Below, one piece after another: positions 1 through 12,838 of a stretch of DNA of 64,000 nucleotides. Under the pieces are notes generated by a model. The model made no database searches, was not told where the DNA came from, and saw nothing but the letters and a program-made list of their open reading frames with translations. Where the stretch lies: positions 29,202,001 through 29,266,000 of the forward strand of contig OZ365115.1 of assembly GCA_977030845.1 (NCBI GenBank), read 5' to 3'. Origin of the DNA: Fimbriosthenelais zetlandica. Taxonomy: Eukaryota. Each line of letters starts with the position of its first letter. Within the stretch, counting starts at the first letter, position 1. The translations under genes were made by a program, and so were the position numbers.

Positions 1-3000
1 GGCATCGCTTCATCAGCGAATGTGGAGCTGCACTCTCCAATTTGTTAATGTATCCCTTTCTGTGAACAGAACAGTAAAACTGCCAAGGAAATTAGGTTTA
101 TGAGGTAATGGTGTCGACTCAGATTAAGATAACAAGATTGGATTGAGGTGATTGTATGTATGTAGGAGGTTTAGTGACCTTACTGGTACTCTCGTGTGTA
201 CTAAGATCTAAGTGGTTGATGGACCTTGAATCGTACCAGCCGCCAGCACCTGCCAAGGCATCACATGCATTATTAATCTTCACCTCTCTGATTAAATCAT
301 ACATATCCTAAGGCTGGCTTTTTATGCCCATAACAAAAGGTTAATGCGTGGACATCACTTGTCAAGGTGTTTTCCCGGATCATGTGTTAATGAGCAAAGC
401 CATCTTCTGACTAGAGACGATACAAGAATCTTTGCAAAAGTTCTGTCTGGCCAGTTTTATTTTCCCCTAATTTTAAGGAATTCTGAAAATTCCAAAGGCC
501 ATAATATGATGTGTTTGCCTGGCTCTCCGGTTTTCATTTTCTACTAATTATAAGGAATGCAAATCCGAAAAGGTCATCAGGTGTCTGTGAAATGCCTGGA
601 GGGCCAAATGCCGAGGTCCTGAACTCTGCGGAGTCGACTGCTGAAATGTTGACAGTCAATAATCACAATTTGCAGACTCTCTTTGATGCAGAAGTTCTAT
701 GTCACCAATAGTTTGACCTCTTGGAGATGAGCTGTCTAAATCCCTTCATCCTGTTGGGTCTCCGGTGGCAACTACCTTTTCTAACAGAGATTCAATGGCA
801 TTTAAAGATTGCATGTAAAGCAACTATTACCTAAGAAGCAATCATTGATATACTGCGGCACTCTGTAGCACATGAATGCCGTGTCATTCCAAGGTAGATT
901 TCTGTTGTATATTAGATCTATACGTTCTCCATCCAACATTAGCATGCCTTTACCAATTATCTATATATATATATAGACGCTGGAGTTATGAAAAACAAAT
1001 GTGTCGTTAACATTTCTACTGTTAGAGGGATGTGCCAGCAGTCCCTACTCAAAGGTCCATCTGAGAAGCTATTGCATACAAGTTTTAATAAGTTCATTAT
1101 AATCAGGATGAAAGTTGTCTCAACTAATTGCTCTTCAGCATGACTGGTTACTTTAATGAGCTGAAGTAGATGAAGGCAGGAAGTTGAATGAAAGTTTTGA
1201 TGTCGTACGACAGTGTTCACCAAGGAAGTTAATTTCCAGAATATATTTTAAAGGCTTTAGGAGGCGCAAAGCAGAACAAGTAGTTGCTTTGCCCATGTTA
1301 CCAGCATAAAACACTTGTCTAATCCCTCCTTAAGCTGCCGTATGATTTATTTCTTGTCGTGCTCACAGTTTTTACTAGTACCATATTAATCAAGAAGTGT
1401 GCTGTTATTCGTTATCTCCTTCATAACACTAAAAACTCTTACCAGGCTGTGATCAATAATATTCCTCTTCTAAGGGATATAACAGAGTGATAAAGAATTG
1501 AATAGAGGTGTGTGGAAACTGAGGAACAAATGAGTATGCATAGGAAAGAGTGAGAGAAGCATTGGAAGAAATAAAGCCATCAAGAAAAGAATGGACAGGA
1601 AGAAACTGATGGATGGATAATGAAGAGGGAAAAAGTATAGCCACCTCCTCCATGAAGTGTCTGTGTGAAAAGAGTCGGGAGCATTCATCTTCTATGGCAT
1701 TGAATTAATGTTATCCACTTCATTCAGATATGTTATAATGACTATCAAACATTGAACTACTATAGCTGCCCCCTTGGCAATGTTTATAGAAGCAGTTCTA
1801 GTTGGTTGAAGCATTGGGTCTGGAAGTAGTGCAATTCATAAAAATTCCTTCCCATCACATCGCTTCATAGATTGGCTCAATTTTTCTGTGGAAAAGGAAT
1901 AGTTATCCAGCAGAATTCTTACAAATACTGATGAAAATGGGTCCATTCGCAGTGTACAACTGTGTCAAAAAGCCCTTATGCACCTACAGTCTATTGCATG
2001 CCTAAACTACTCCTGACTGCACAATGAAGACGTGGGAAAAGCTGACAACATATCTGTCACTTTGATGATGATTGCTCACCAGCCAGTTTCTGCTAATGGT
2101 AATAGGGCTCGCTACTAAGAACAGCAGCATCATTGCCCTTCTCCAGTCCACGCCTATTGCCAGGTTACTTCACTCCTTCAGTACATTCCTGGGGTTGTCC
2201 CCCATTTGCACCTGGGTCCATTTGATTAGTGTTCACACCGAAGAGATCACAAACTGTAGGGTTGGTACTGAAGCCAATCTCCTCAGGAGTGACCTTAGTG
2301 TTTGCTGGAGACTTACCAGAAATCCCACAGCAGGTTGAAATCCCCCAGGTGATGTCTTCCCTGTGTGTTTGGAATAAGGCTACCGTCCCAAGCAGATTGC
2401 AATCCGGTCTACATAAGTCAGTAGGGGAATGAGAATATTATGTACAATTTGTAGCGAATTGTGATCTTGTCCTCAGAAGCTTGATTGAAATCTTGCAGGC
2501 ATCAGACTGCAGACAAATTCCTGGGGTATCCGCATAAAAGGTCAATATTAAATCTGGTTTATTCAGAAATATGCTTGGATACCCATTCAAGAGGCTTTTA
2601 TGAAGCGCAAATCAAATTCATATGAACATGATCTCTATTCCCTGCATGTGACCAGCTGGATTGAACCTGCCATCCTGCTTTCATTCAAATGCATAGAAAT
2701 GCAGGAAGAAAGGTACGAAACGTTTCAGGGGAGGCTTCTGAAATGAATAGAGGGCAAAGAATTTGAGTGTGAGGTCCTTGGAGTAATCGATAAGAGATGG
2801 GTTTACTGAAAGAGTGGGGAATGACGGATGAGGACTCTGTCGTATTATATATGTATTACTTAAACTGAAAAGAAGATATTCCATATGGAAATCATGGGCA
2901 AACTGACCATTGGCTTTGTCCGTTTAAAAATAAATTCTCCATTGACCTAAAAATATATTGTTTACTACAGGGGCGGATCTATAATTTTAGAAATGCGATT

Positions 3001-4115
3001 GGGGATCAGCCCTGTGAAAAGGGAAAGGGGTTGACCAAAGTGATTTCTGAAAGGGGGACTGACCCGTTGCCCTTGTGCTACTTTCAGTAGAATTAGACTA
3101 CATGTTATGGAGTTTATGCATGTCATGTATTCGCAGTGACCCAATCTCAGTTAAGATGTCCCCTTAAACTGCAGACAATATCCATCGTTTAACCATGGAG
3201 GATTGTATAAGGCATGAGTTGTGGTTTCAGTGGTCCGTCCTCTGGTTCATGTACCCAACAAAGCCCCCTGTCACCTCGAGGTGTCGCCTTGCTGGGTGAT
3301 AATAAAGGGTGGCACTAGGAGACACCCTCCAGCCCACAGACCCTCAGGTCCTAACACCCATAATCCTTACGGGTGAAAGGTGGAACCTTTGTTTAATTTA
3401 TCACTCTCTCCCCCCTAGCCATTCAATGCACCGGAATTTGCCAGGCCCGGAAGGCAGCAATGGATATTCTATTGTGGAGGAATATAGATCAGGAGTCCCT
3501 TGATAAAAGTTAGAGCTTCATACGGAGCGATGACTTGGAAATTTTATTCACAAATGATGGAATTTGAAGACATTCTCCATTCGAGGCCCCTGAATAATTC
3601 ATCGCTGTCTCCGATGCTGTCAGGGAATTCCTGGCGCCAGGGGAAACTCGCTTTGTGAGTCATCACTAAGTCCTCTGCGAGTGTTTCAATAGAAGTTGGA
3701 ATCCACATGATTTAAAAATGTAACTTTGTTAGCAGCTACTTTATTTAAATAAAGAGGGTTTACTGCAAAAATGTTGCAACTATTAACCCAGATTGCTCTC
3801 GGGAAGTGGTATTAGTTAATTATGCCTACATGTGTAACTAGGATTGTCATTCTCACATTGAACTGCAACATTTTATGTCATATTACAAATTAAGATGGCC
3901 ACATACTAATCCGATTCTCCATCCAGGTCGATGGCTGTCCGATTCAATATTTCTGTTCACATCCAATTTGAACAGTCCTTAAGGGTCACAACTGACACAA
4001 TTTCAATCATTAAATGTCATTAGAAATGGGGAATCGGATGGCGACGGACCAGTGTGCTTCCGCCTTATGATGACATTGGCTCTATACAAATATTGCTATT
4101 TTCTAGCACTTTGCT

Positions 4116-4128
4116 GGGGGGGGGGGGG
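4116..4128. repeat. G13 homopolymer
   Basis: Read directly from the sequence. Confidence 0.9.
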
Positions 4129-6284
4129 ATATCAACCTCCAAGCTCCCAATTTCAAGAACCGGTCATTATTCCGGTGCCGGGACAGTTCCTCCATGTGTG
4201 GAAGTTGGATCATTCGCTTCATCAGTTAACAATAGACATTTTCCGCGCGTTTCACTTCCTTCCTGATAGATGTATGGGTCTACGAGGTTCCTGTTTAACA
4301 GCGGCAGAAGCTGCACAATGCAATACAATGTTCATCTCTTTCCAATTAGGACATGTGAATAGAGCATAATGCCTCTCACCCTGTTAACAGGGGATGGAGT
4401 AAATCATGGGGGACCATAATAATCAGGCCAGGGTAGAGCAACTCTGACATGAAGTGGGAGCGGGAGTTCTTCAGTCACACACGTGTCTCATATCACAACG
4501 CAGCCACAAAAGATTTCCCCCGCTATATGGACTGCTTGATTTGCGTCACTTCTACTACTTTAAGGGTTGGCTTTTAAAAGCTCTACAAGGTTTACTTTCG
4601 GAATGAGATCTATTAATTGCTTCAGTGCAGACCTCATTCTGATGCATTGCCCTTGCTCTCAGCCTGAGCATTTCAATTATGTTTGCAATTCCAGCTCTTA
4701 TTCAGCCGTATAACTATGCTGACTTTGATACGAGATCACTTCATATCTGAATTGATGAAGGCTGAGAAGACAAGGGTTTGTAGATTGATTTTGTGTGACG
4801 GGTAGATGGCTGGCTTCTTTGTTCACTGCCCACATGTATTCATGGCCAATTGTCCCATGTCAAGTTCAAGCGGCAAGCGGGCAGAGGGAGAGAACGAGGG
4901 AAAAGAGGCATAAATCAATGCTATACAGCAAACTCGTTTTCCGCTTTGTTTTCTCATTTCGTTTACTGCCATGCAGTTTACTGCTAGGTAAACTTTAAAG
5001 TAGAAGGTAACCCGAACCTTGTACAATCTATGCAATGGCGGAGTGCATTTGTATTTTTGATGCATTGCCATTCCAAGATCCTTTTCTAATAGAAATTCAA
5101 ACATTTTTATGGTTATATAAGCAAGATATTAATAATCATTGTCCTTCTGTAACCTCCCTGAATTTCAAAATGGACATTAACATTAATTTCCCCCAGAATG
5201 TAGCAAATTGTGTCTTCAGAAGGCCGGCCTTTACTGAATATCCTCAGATCAAATATGAAAGTCTTGTTTTGACTAAAATATCTCAAATCAACATGAATGA
5301 CTCAATGAAATTCATCGAGAATCTGGGTCGATTGCTTGTGAGGAATGCAAAATAATATTTATTCCATGAAAATGAACTGCTTTGACAAGTTTAAACTATC
5401 TGAAAGGAGGATACTTTATCCCTCCATTTGGGTCGATTGAAAGCAGTGATGAATAGGCCTATGTGTACACGATTGAGGAGAGCTGAAGGTTGTTGACTGG
5501 AGGTTCATTAAGTCCAGTTGGAATAAGATCACTGAGGGAACATGTTTTCATCAAGCGGTACGTTCCTGTTCACTTGAATTTGCTTTTCATTAACGTGACT
5601 GGATGACTTGTACGCTTCCTTCACATCCGTCCTTCTGTGTGGACGCCTTCTTATTTCCTTTTTTCTTCTCTTAAAACATCGATGATGATTTTGATCAAAG
5701 CTTCTCCTCCTAGGCGGATATTATTGAAATCCCATCTCAAATTCTCCTGCTTTCTTTACGCGAAAGAAAGAGATCTTGAATTTGTTTTCTTGTACTGGAA
5801 ATCCTAGTCGAAATTACTCAACTTGAGAGTGCATAATTCATGTGTTTCGATCCCAACACCGTGGTCACCAAATAAGAAGGATTGACTCTCCTCAAACAAG
5901 TGAAAAAGTCCTCTTGTTTTTAATCATACTCAATGAATTCAGCAGGGATTCTCGTAGCAAAGGGACTTCTTGCATTACAATCTTGTGGATAAAAGTTTGA
6001 CTGAGATTGGAACATGAACTGCATCTGTCTTTCGCAATGCCGATGAATGTGGTTCGTAATTATGTTAAACTTTTTGTTTAATAGATGATATTGAGCATTT
6101 CATAGAATAATTACACTGTAATAATTGAGCACAGAATTTGCATTCACATTGAAGGAGATGCTTTTGATTGATTTGAGAACCGATACATCAATCAATCATT
6201 CATGTCAAATGCTCCTGGCCTTTTATAAAAGCCTCATCTACAGTAAGTTTATCTGTAACTTGGTCCATGGGAAATTTATGATTT

Positions 6285-6333
6285 CACGTGACCCAGTCAC
6301 ATGTGCTCCACGTGACCTCGTTCTCACACCAAT
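6285..6333. promoter_or_regulatory. Triple E-box plus CCAAT module
   Basis: CACGTGAC at 6285 and 6309, GTCACATGTG at 6296-6305, CCAAT at 6329. Confidence 0.35.
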
Positions 6334-9300
6334 CAACACATGGAGGCATCACACGTTTCCCTGAAGGCACTTTACAATTCCCTCGTACCTCCCACATGCC
6401 ACTCACCTCCCCTCTGTAAGCACGCAGTCATTCACTGAGCTAGCCCTTGTCTCTCAAGCCATTTTCTTGTAATTAAATTCTGTTAAAATTGACAAAAGAA
6501 AGTGCCCTTTGATTAATTCCTAATTGTGTTAAGGCAGATGGCGCTGGGACTTCGATATTGCTGGTATTGTGTTGTGTATAGCTAGTTGCTCATACACAGA
6601 GTTCAAGAAAGCGTTTGGCACATAGATACAAATTCTTTGCTAATGATATCCTGTCTGACCCAATGAACATTGTACTGGCGTGCCACAGGGTTTGATTTTA
6701 GGCCTATTACTGGGCCTTATTTCCATGAATGACGTACAGGAAGCGTAGTTTGAAATTTTATTTCCCATTGCCCATGAATCCGTTTCAGATAATAGGAACA
6801 CACTTTTGGTTGGGTAGGGAGTATGCACCCCTGATATCATCAGGATAGTAGACATGAGTAAATATATCAATTCAGGCCAGAGCTATACATACAATCACTT
6901 GTGATTTAATTCTACCCACAACTCGTATATGTAGCTTTTGCAATTGCAAGATTAACCTTTCTCAATGCCTTTGTTCTGGTAAAGGTATGAGTTGAATTGG
7001 AATGAATGTGTTTGGTTTGGTTTTTGCTATAGGAAACAGACATTAGGATCGATTTTGTGCTCCGTTATACTAAAAGCCTTCAATAGTGGGATAACATGGA
7101 TAAATGATATAGCCCAGAACACATTTCTTCATGTCATTACGTTCAAAGAACTATGACAAATAAGCTATAGAGGACATGAAGCTGTGCTCAATAAGGTGTA
7201 TGTGGTGCACTATGTATTGACTATAGCTCGTGTAGGTAAAAAGAATGATTAATATCCAGCCTCAAGGCTGTATGGGGGCTTATTGAACCAAGGAAGCAGT
7301 GGTCTTTGATGTGGAGCCCCTGTCAAAAAAACATGATAACACGGTCGACAGGAAGGCTAAGACTCCAGAGCCTGCATTGAATACCACAAACATTGCTGCT
7401 CAATACACAACTAGCCCCAAGATTGATGACCTCGTCCACAAAAACCGATGACATCATTGATTGCTGGCGTCTGTGGTGGTGAACTTGTCTGACCAGGGAT
7501 CATTGTAGTTATAGACCCACGGGGCCTGAATTAACCCCCTTATCCTCTGGATTATACCATTATCGGATTATCAGATTAATGTCCTTTACTTATTCATATG
7601 GTATGAGGTGAGCATCCTTTCTTAACTCCACCATCCTACGCGGTAACACCCCAGTGAAGGTAGGTCATAATACGTCATCTATTTTACCCATCAATCACCT
7701 CCTCACACCAAGCCCTGCCCCAGGCTGGAATCTATTTTTCCACCTTTCTACTACTTCTATATATCATTGCCTTAAGGGCTATCAAAATAAGTGGAATCGA
7801 TGGAATAATTCGATCAGGGGAATAGATGGAACAAATGTAACTTCTGATTGCCATTCGTCTAGAAAAAACACTTAATTTGAAATGACTATTTTTTATATCC
7901 ATTACATGAACTTGTATGAATAAAAATAATTAGAAACTGCAAGTTGCTTAACGCCTGACTCTGGCTGTAATCTTAATTGCTAGCCTATCTATTTTTTTTT
8001 GTTTAAACACCATGTCTGATATATTTGGACAGATAAGCTAATGACAAGGCATAAATTATAGCAATTTCCAAACGTGTTTTGTCATTATGTAATAATGGAA
8101 TCCCAGTTTATTATCAGTCTACGCCATCAACACACCACTGAAGGAGGTATAGACGGTCCTTAGCCGTAATTAGTGGTGAGATCAATAGAATTATTATAAT
8201 CAATAATTATGATTAATTACTTCTAACACGTCCTGATGCTCAGTGAACTTAATTATGGATGAGCTGCCAACACAGCCAGACAGCAGTTCATTTGATGAAG
8301 TGTGAATGCCCCAGATCTCTAATGGTAGTGTTAAAATAGGACCGAATTTTTCTTAGGGAACCTGTTGCATTCATTTTCATAATATTTTATATTAAATTAA
8401 CGTATTTTGGGTAGTAATAGCAATGAGTCTAAACGCCCACTGTCACCTGTTTTTGTCACCCTGTTTTACTCGGTAAGGTCCGTATCAACGGAGGAAGTGT
8501 GATAAGTTGCATTTAGAACAGAAAAATGAGCCAAGGGAATATTTGTCCCCTCTCAAGTGAGAAATTTGTTATAAATATGAAAGGTTGCATGGAAAACTTG
8601 TGGCCAACTTCCTTTCCATCCCGATCCATGGCAAGCTTTGGCATAGTAAGGAGATAACTAAATAATAGAGGTCCTATACTTTATGGCGTTGATGATCGCC
8701 CATACATCACATTTTAAGGGAATAAGTGAATAGTGGAGCAAGGCCTCATGGCCTCTCTACCCTCTAAACGGGCCCCCAGTTGTGTAATATTTCATACTGA
8801 TGTCTATATTGGATGCTTAATGATAGTGTTTAAATTCTGTTCCATAGAGAATCGAGCTTCTACACTGTAAATCCTCTGAAAGCGCTGCTGTAGAATGTGC
8901 TGGTATCAATGCTTTTCATTGGGGTATAGGCCTAGATATATTAAAGTGTGACAGAGCTAAAACAAAGTGAATAAAGGAATTATTAAGAAATTAAAGGAAC
9001 CTGCGATGACCACATGTTTATGCCAAAATACATCGAATAACCATGCCATCTTCACCAACATTTTCTTAGCCTTGGGTCACTTTGTCCACCTTTTCCTTGG
9101 TCTTAGAGTGTACATATATATTCTATCATGGACCTCCATAAATTTTTCAGCCCTCGCCTTTCATCATGGGGACGTCGGTCTGATTATGGGTTCCGCGTAT
9201 ATTCACAAGGAAAATGGACAATTTCTCCAGGGAAAATAGTTTGTGATGCCAGAGAATCTCTTGTGATGGTTATAGGCTTCCCTTTGAGTATTTCAAAAGT

Positions 9301-12300
9301 GGCACCAATATATTACTTATATAAATTGAAACTCCCCAAGGCATATATAAGCCATAGATAGTAAACAGTCTGGTTACCTAAGACCATATAGTAGAGTAAG
9401 ACATGCTTTTCTTCTCAGCAATATTTACCTTTGTTTATACTTGTTTATTCCTTTGGCAAAGATCGTGCATCTTCAAATCCCTTGGGTCGAATATCGATGT
9501 TCAGTGAATTATATTAATCTTGTCTTCAACACGCATAGCCACATTTGATTTTAGTCTGATTTTTCAATATTCTTTAAACTTTGTTTTTACTTTTACTAAG
9601 CTCTGATGAATCATCATGCAGTGGTCAATAGTCAATTACCCCAGGTGTTGATGGGAACTGTTCATTAATTGCTAGATATCACATCATTGCATGTTTTTCA
9701 TTCGACGACGTTGGATATGAGCTGTGGACTGAAAAAATCTTGTCTAACTTTTAATCAATGGAAATAAGATCAAGACCAATGAAACAATTTAATCTACAGG
9801 AAACAGGTGCCAATATAATTATCTCTTGAATGCGATACAGGAGTGGTAAAAGCTCTTAAGAATCCCATAGTATCCCTTTTTTGGTAACAAAGAACAGCCC
9901 AGACTATTGCCTTAAGGTAAGGAGTGCACAGTTCCTTTACCAAATCTATCAAACGTGCCCCTGGTTCGCATGGGTCATGATCCATACCTTCCCCTCAAGC
10001 TTCTCCCGGTCCTTTGATCTGGTTTCTGGTTGGAAGCTGGGCTGAACGAGCAGGTATATATATAATCCTTGTATTGAGGCAGTCATCAATAGACTCAGTG
10101 AAAGCCTTTATCCATAATGGAGCGGATAATCACCCTATGATAATCCTTCATCACTCTACAGGCCACAAAAGGAGCAGGATGCCATGCGGCAGACCAGCCT
10201 CTGTATTTGATCCCTCATTTACCCCTCCTTGACCCTAGTCCACTGGACTCCAGCCACCTGCAGCAGCATTAGCCCCCAACATTGATAGCAGCATTTAATG
10301 CTCTTTCTCCGATCCCCTTCTGGTCATTCCATTGCAGGCTAATGTGCCTTTCTCCTGCTATCAGTAACTAAGTGTAGAAGTTTGCCCCTCTGGCCTTACC
10401 ATTATAGGATTCACATATCTGGCCTGGTTTTGCTCAGCATATAATGATGGCTGGGAGATATGATTTTACCATAGCCAGCAGCAGCACAATCTACTCCAGA
10501 ATCCAATACATAATTCTCATATCCATCATTAGTACATGTCTAAGCTACTGGAGCAATACTTGAACCATTCATGGTGAAAAAGGGATACTTCTGGCATTGT
10601 CTAATTAGCTGGTACAACTGTGGAGGTAATTACTCCTGGATGTCCTAATTGCCTGTAGCAGGAAGGATGATTATAATTGTATCACATTGAGTTTATAGGC
10701 CCTATAGCACATAATCACGTAGACAATACTATTCTTTGTACGGTTCATCCACACAGAGCGTGAAAATGAGTAAAAATGGCCTTGTCAGAACCTGCATCTC
10801 TGTCAGTTCTTATAAGCATAAAGTAAACCCAAGGCAATGATGGGTGTTCATGAGTGTTGGCATGAACGAGTGGACCCATGTCATATAGGACTCCCTGATG
10901 CACGGCCCAGCTAATATCCACAGTACGACTAATCTGATAACGCCGATTACATAATGTTGGTCTGTCTTTTACGGCCATACTTAATCATTGTGACTGGCAT
11001 CATTTGCCATATGACTGAGCCACTGACGCCTACCCATTAGGCTATACATTAGTCGGAATGAATATTAATGCTGCAACTATGGCACCAGTATTATATTAAG
11101 GGCAGTGCTGATTTACCTCCGGGCTGGCAGACCCAAGGCTTGACCGAATGATAGGACACAGTGGTGAAGACAGGGATATGGTGGCCAAAAGTTGGGTATA
11201 CTGCCATGCTTGGCTTACTTTAAAGAGGAATGCAGTTGGCGGAAACAAATGGTCCTGAGTATGAAGGAAGAGGGAAATGTGTTGAGTTGAATGCTCCTGT
11301 CATCTTCCTTATCAAACTCCATCAACCGCTTCTTTGATGTTTGGAGTGTGTACACATCTTTGATGGGTAAAAGGTAATAGGCTGTCAAAGGTAGAAGGCC
11401 GAGCCAGTCAATGCATAATTCGCTTGATAACCAAATAGAGATAGACAGATTTGCATTGCCCTATTATACTTTGCCTTACAAATACTTACAGGAACCCACT
11501 CATTTCTATTACTTACATAAAAAATACATTTTATCAGCCATAACCAGATCAAGACAATTGGTCTATTGCAATCATAAACAATTTTATTATCTAAAATGTT
11601 CATCCTGATTGGCAATAAAGGGTAAATTTATGTGGTGAGCTGGCTCAGTATGGTGTGTTACACCACCTGCTCTTTTAAAGTTATGTACATTACAATAATT
11701 GTAATGCACATTATTCATTGCCTGATCTGGGATGCTTCCAAGCCATGGATCCCGCCAGAGTACATGCTGTGTAGTGTTTGCATGCTTCTTGATTAGGTCC
11801 TAATTCCAACTCTGAGTAATAGAGAACCACTGGGGTAAAAGCATGTCTTAGCTACTAAAGAAACACCACCTCCAGGCGATACCAGGGCTTCCTGTGTACA
11901 ATAAGCATGCCTCAGGGACCTCTTACCCTGCCCCATCACTCACTAGATCTACTAGGTGATCATTCACCATGTAAGGGACGGTGTCAAATATTTGTGGTTT
12001 GCTTCTAGTAACTCGTTGAGGATAGGTTCATTGTCACTTTAAGGAAAGGTAGTCGTCAGGAAATGCCACTGGTTGAGATATGCACCCATAAATGCATAAA
12101 TTGTGGCATTGTTGGTTCCACTGGTTGCCGTGAGTTACATGTGAATAGTAGATGAACATGTAGTGTCCTTTTTTGCTGTTTCATTAACTATCAATACTAT
12201 ATATTATCCCAGATTCACTAATTAAACATGTTGATTTTTTTTAATTCTCATTAGGCCCTAATTGAAAAATCAGCATGAAGAAAATGTATGATAATGAATG

Positions 12301-12640
12301 TTCGAATATTATGCATTTCTTTCCTTCTTGATGGATTGGAATGAAGGATAGTTTATGATCATGTGCAGGTCTCGGGATGGCCTGATACTCAATTTCCCAT
12401 GTGAACAATAGCACATTAATAGAGGGACAAGAAATCTTTAACAGTACACGAGTCTCCCATGTCCCTTCCTCCTCCTGGCGTGATCTCATGGAATCAGCAC
12501 AAGCTTGCTCTATCCAAACGACATCAAATCCCAGAGAGAACCAGGGAATCAAACAGTAATCTCTGCCTATTACAAAACAATTCTCAGGCGGGCACGCAGA
12601 CAATTCAATCTAAGCTTTGTTTAAATGTTTTACTCAGGTT

Positions 12641-12838
12641 TTAGAAATCCCACGATCCCCTTTGAATTTCCAATCTAAGCAGAGACCTGAACAAGGTCTA
12701 TCTCATGAGTTTCGCAAGTTTGAATGTCTCAAGAACGTCATGAAATTTGATATTTCTTCAGGACAAAGTTGGTGACCTTCATGAGAAATCTAAAGTTTTA
12801 ATGCCTAAAGTGGGAACGATACTCTCTGGGATTCTAAG
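12641..12838. mobile_element. Possible highly decayed foldback/MITE remnant
   Basis: ttagaaatccca…cgatcccctttga at the left versus tgggattctaa and aaagtgggaacg at the right; inner tctcatgag versus ttcatgaga. Confidence 0.25.

Noticed and set aside
1-304. Possible minus-strand exons at the left edge (KGYINKLESAAPHSLMKRC; DMYDLIREVKINNACDALAGAGGWY)
   Set aside because: An acceptor-like cacag exists at 60-61, but I recognise no protein family and cannot link consistent splice phases. Left uncalled; BLASTX with flanking sequence would decide.
2989-3060. caggggcggatct start typical of non-autonomous DNA transposon TIRs
   Set aside because: No matching opposite terminus was found, and it is too short to call.
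3909-4039. 14-bp inverted repeat (13/14) suggesting a hairpin RNA
   Set aside because: About one such match is expected by chance in 64 kb, and the pairing does not extend.
11107-11151. DLPPGWQ, resembling the start of a WW domain
   Set aside because: A stop follows within a few codons, and there is no second Trp or splice context.
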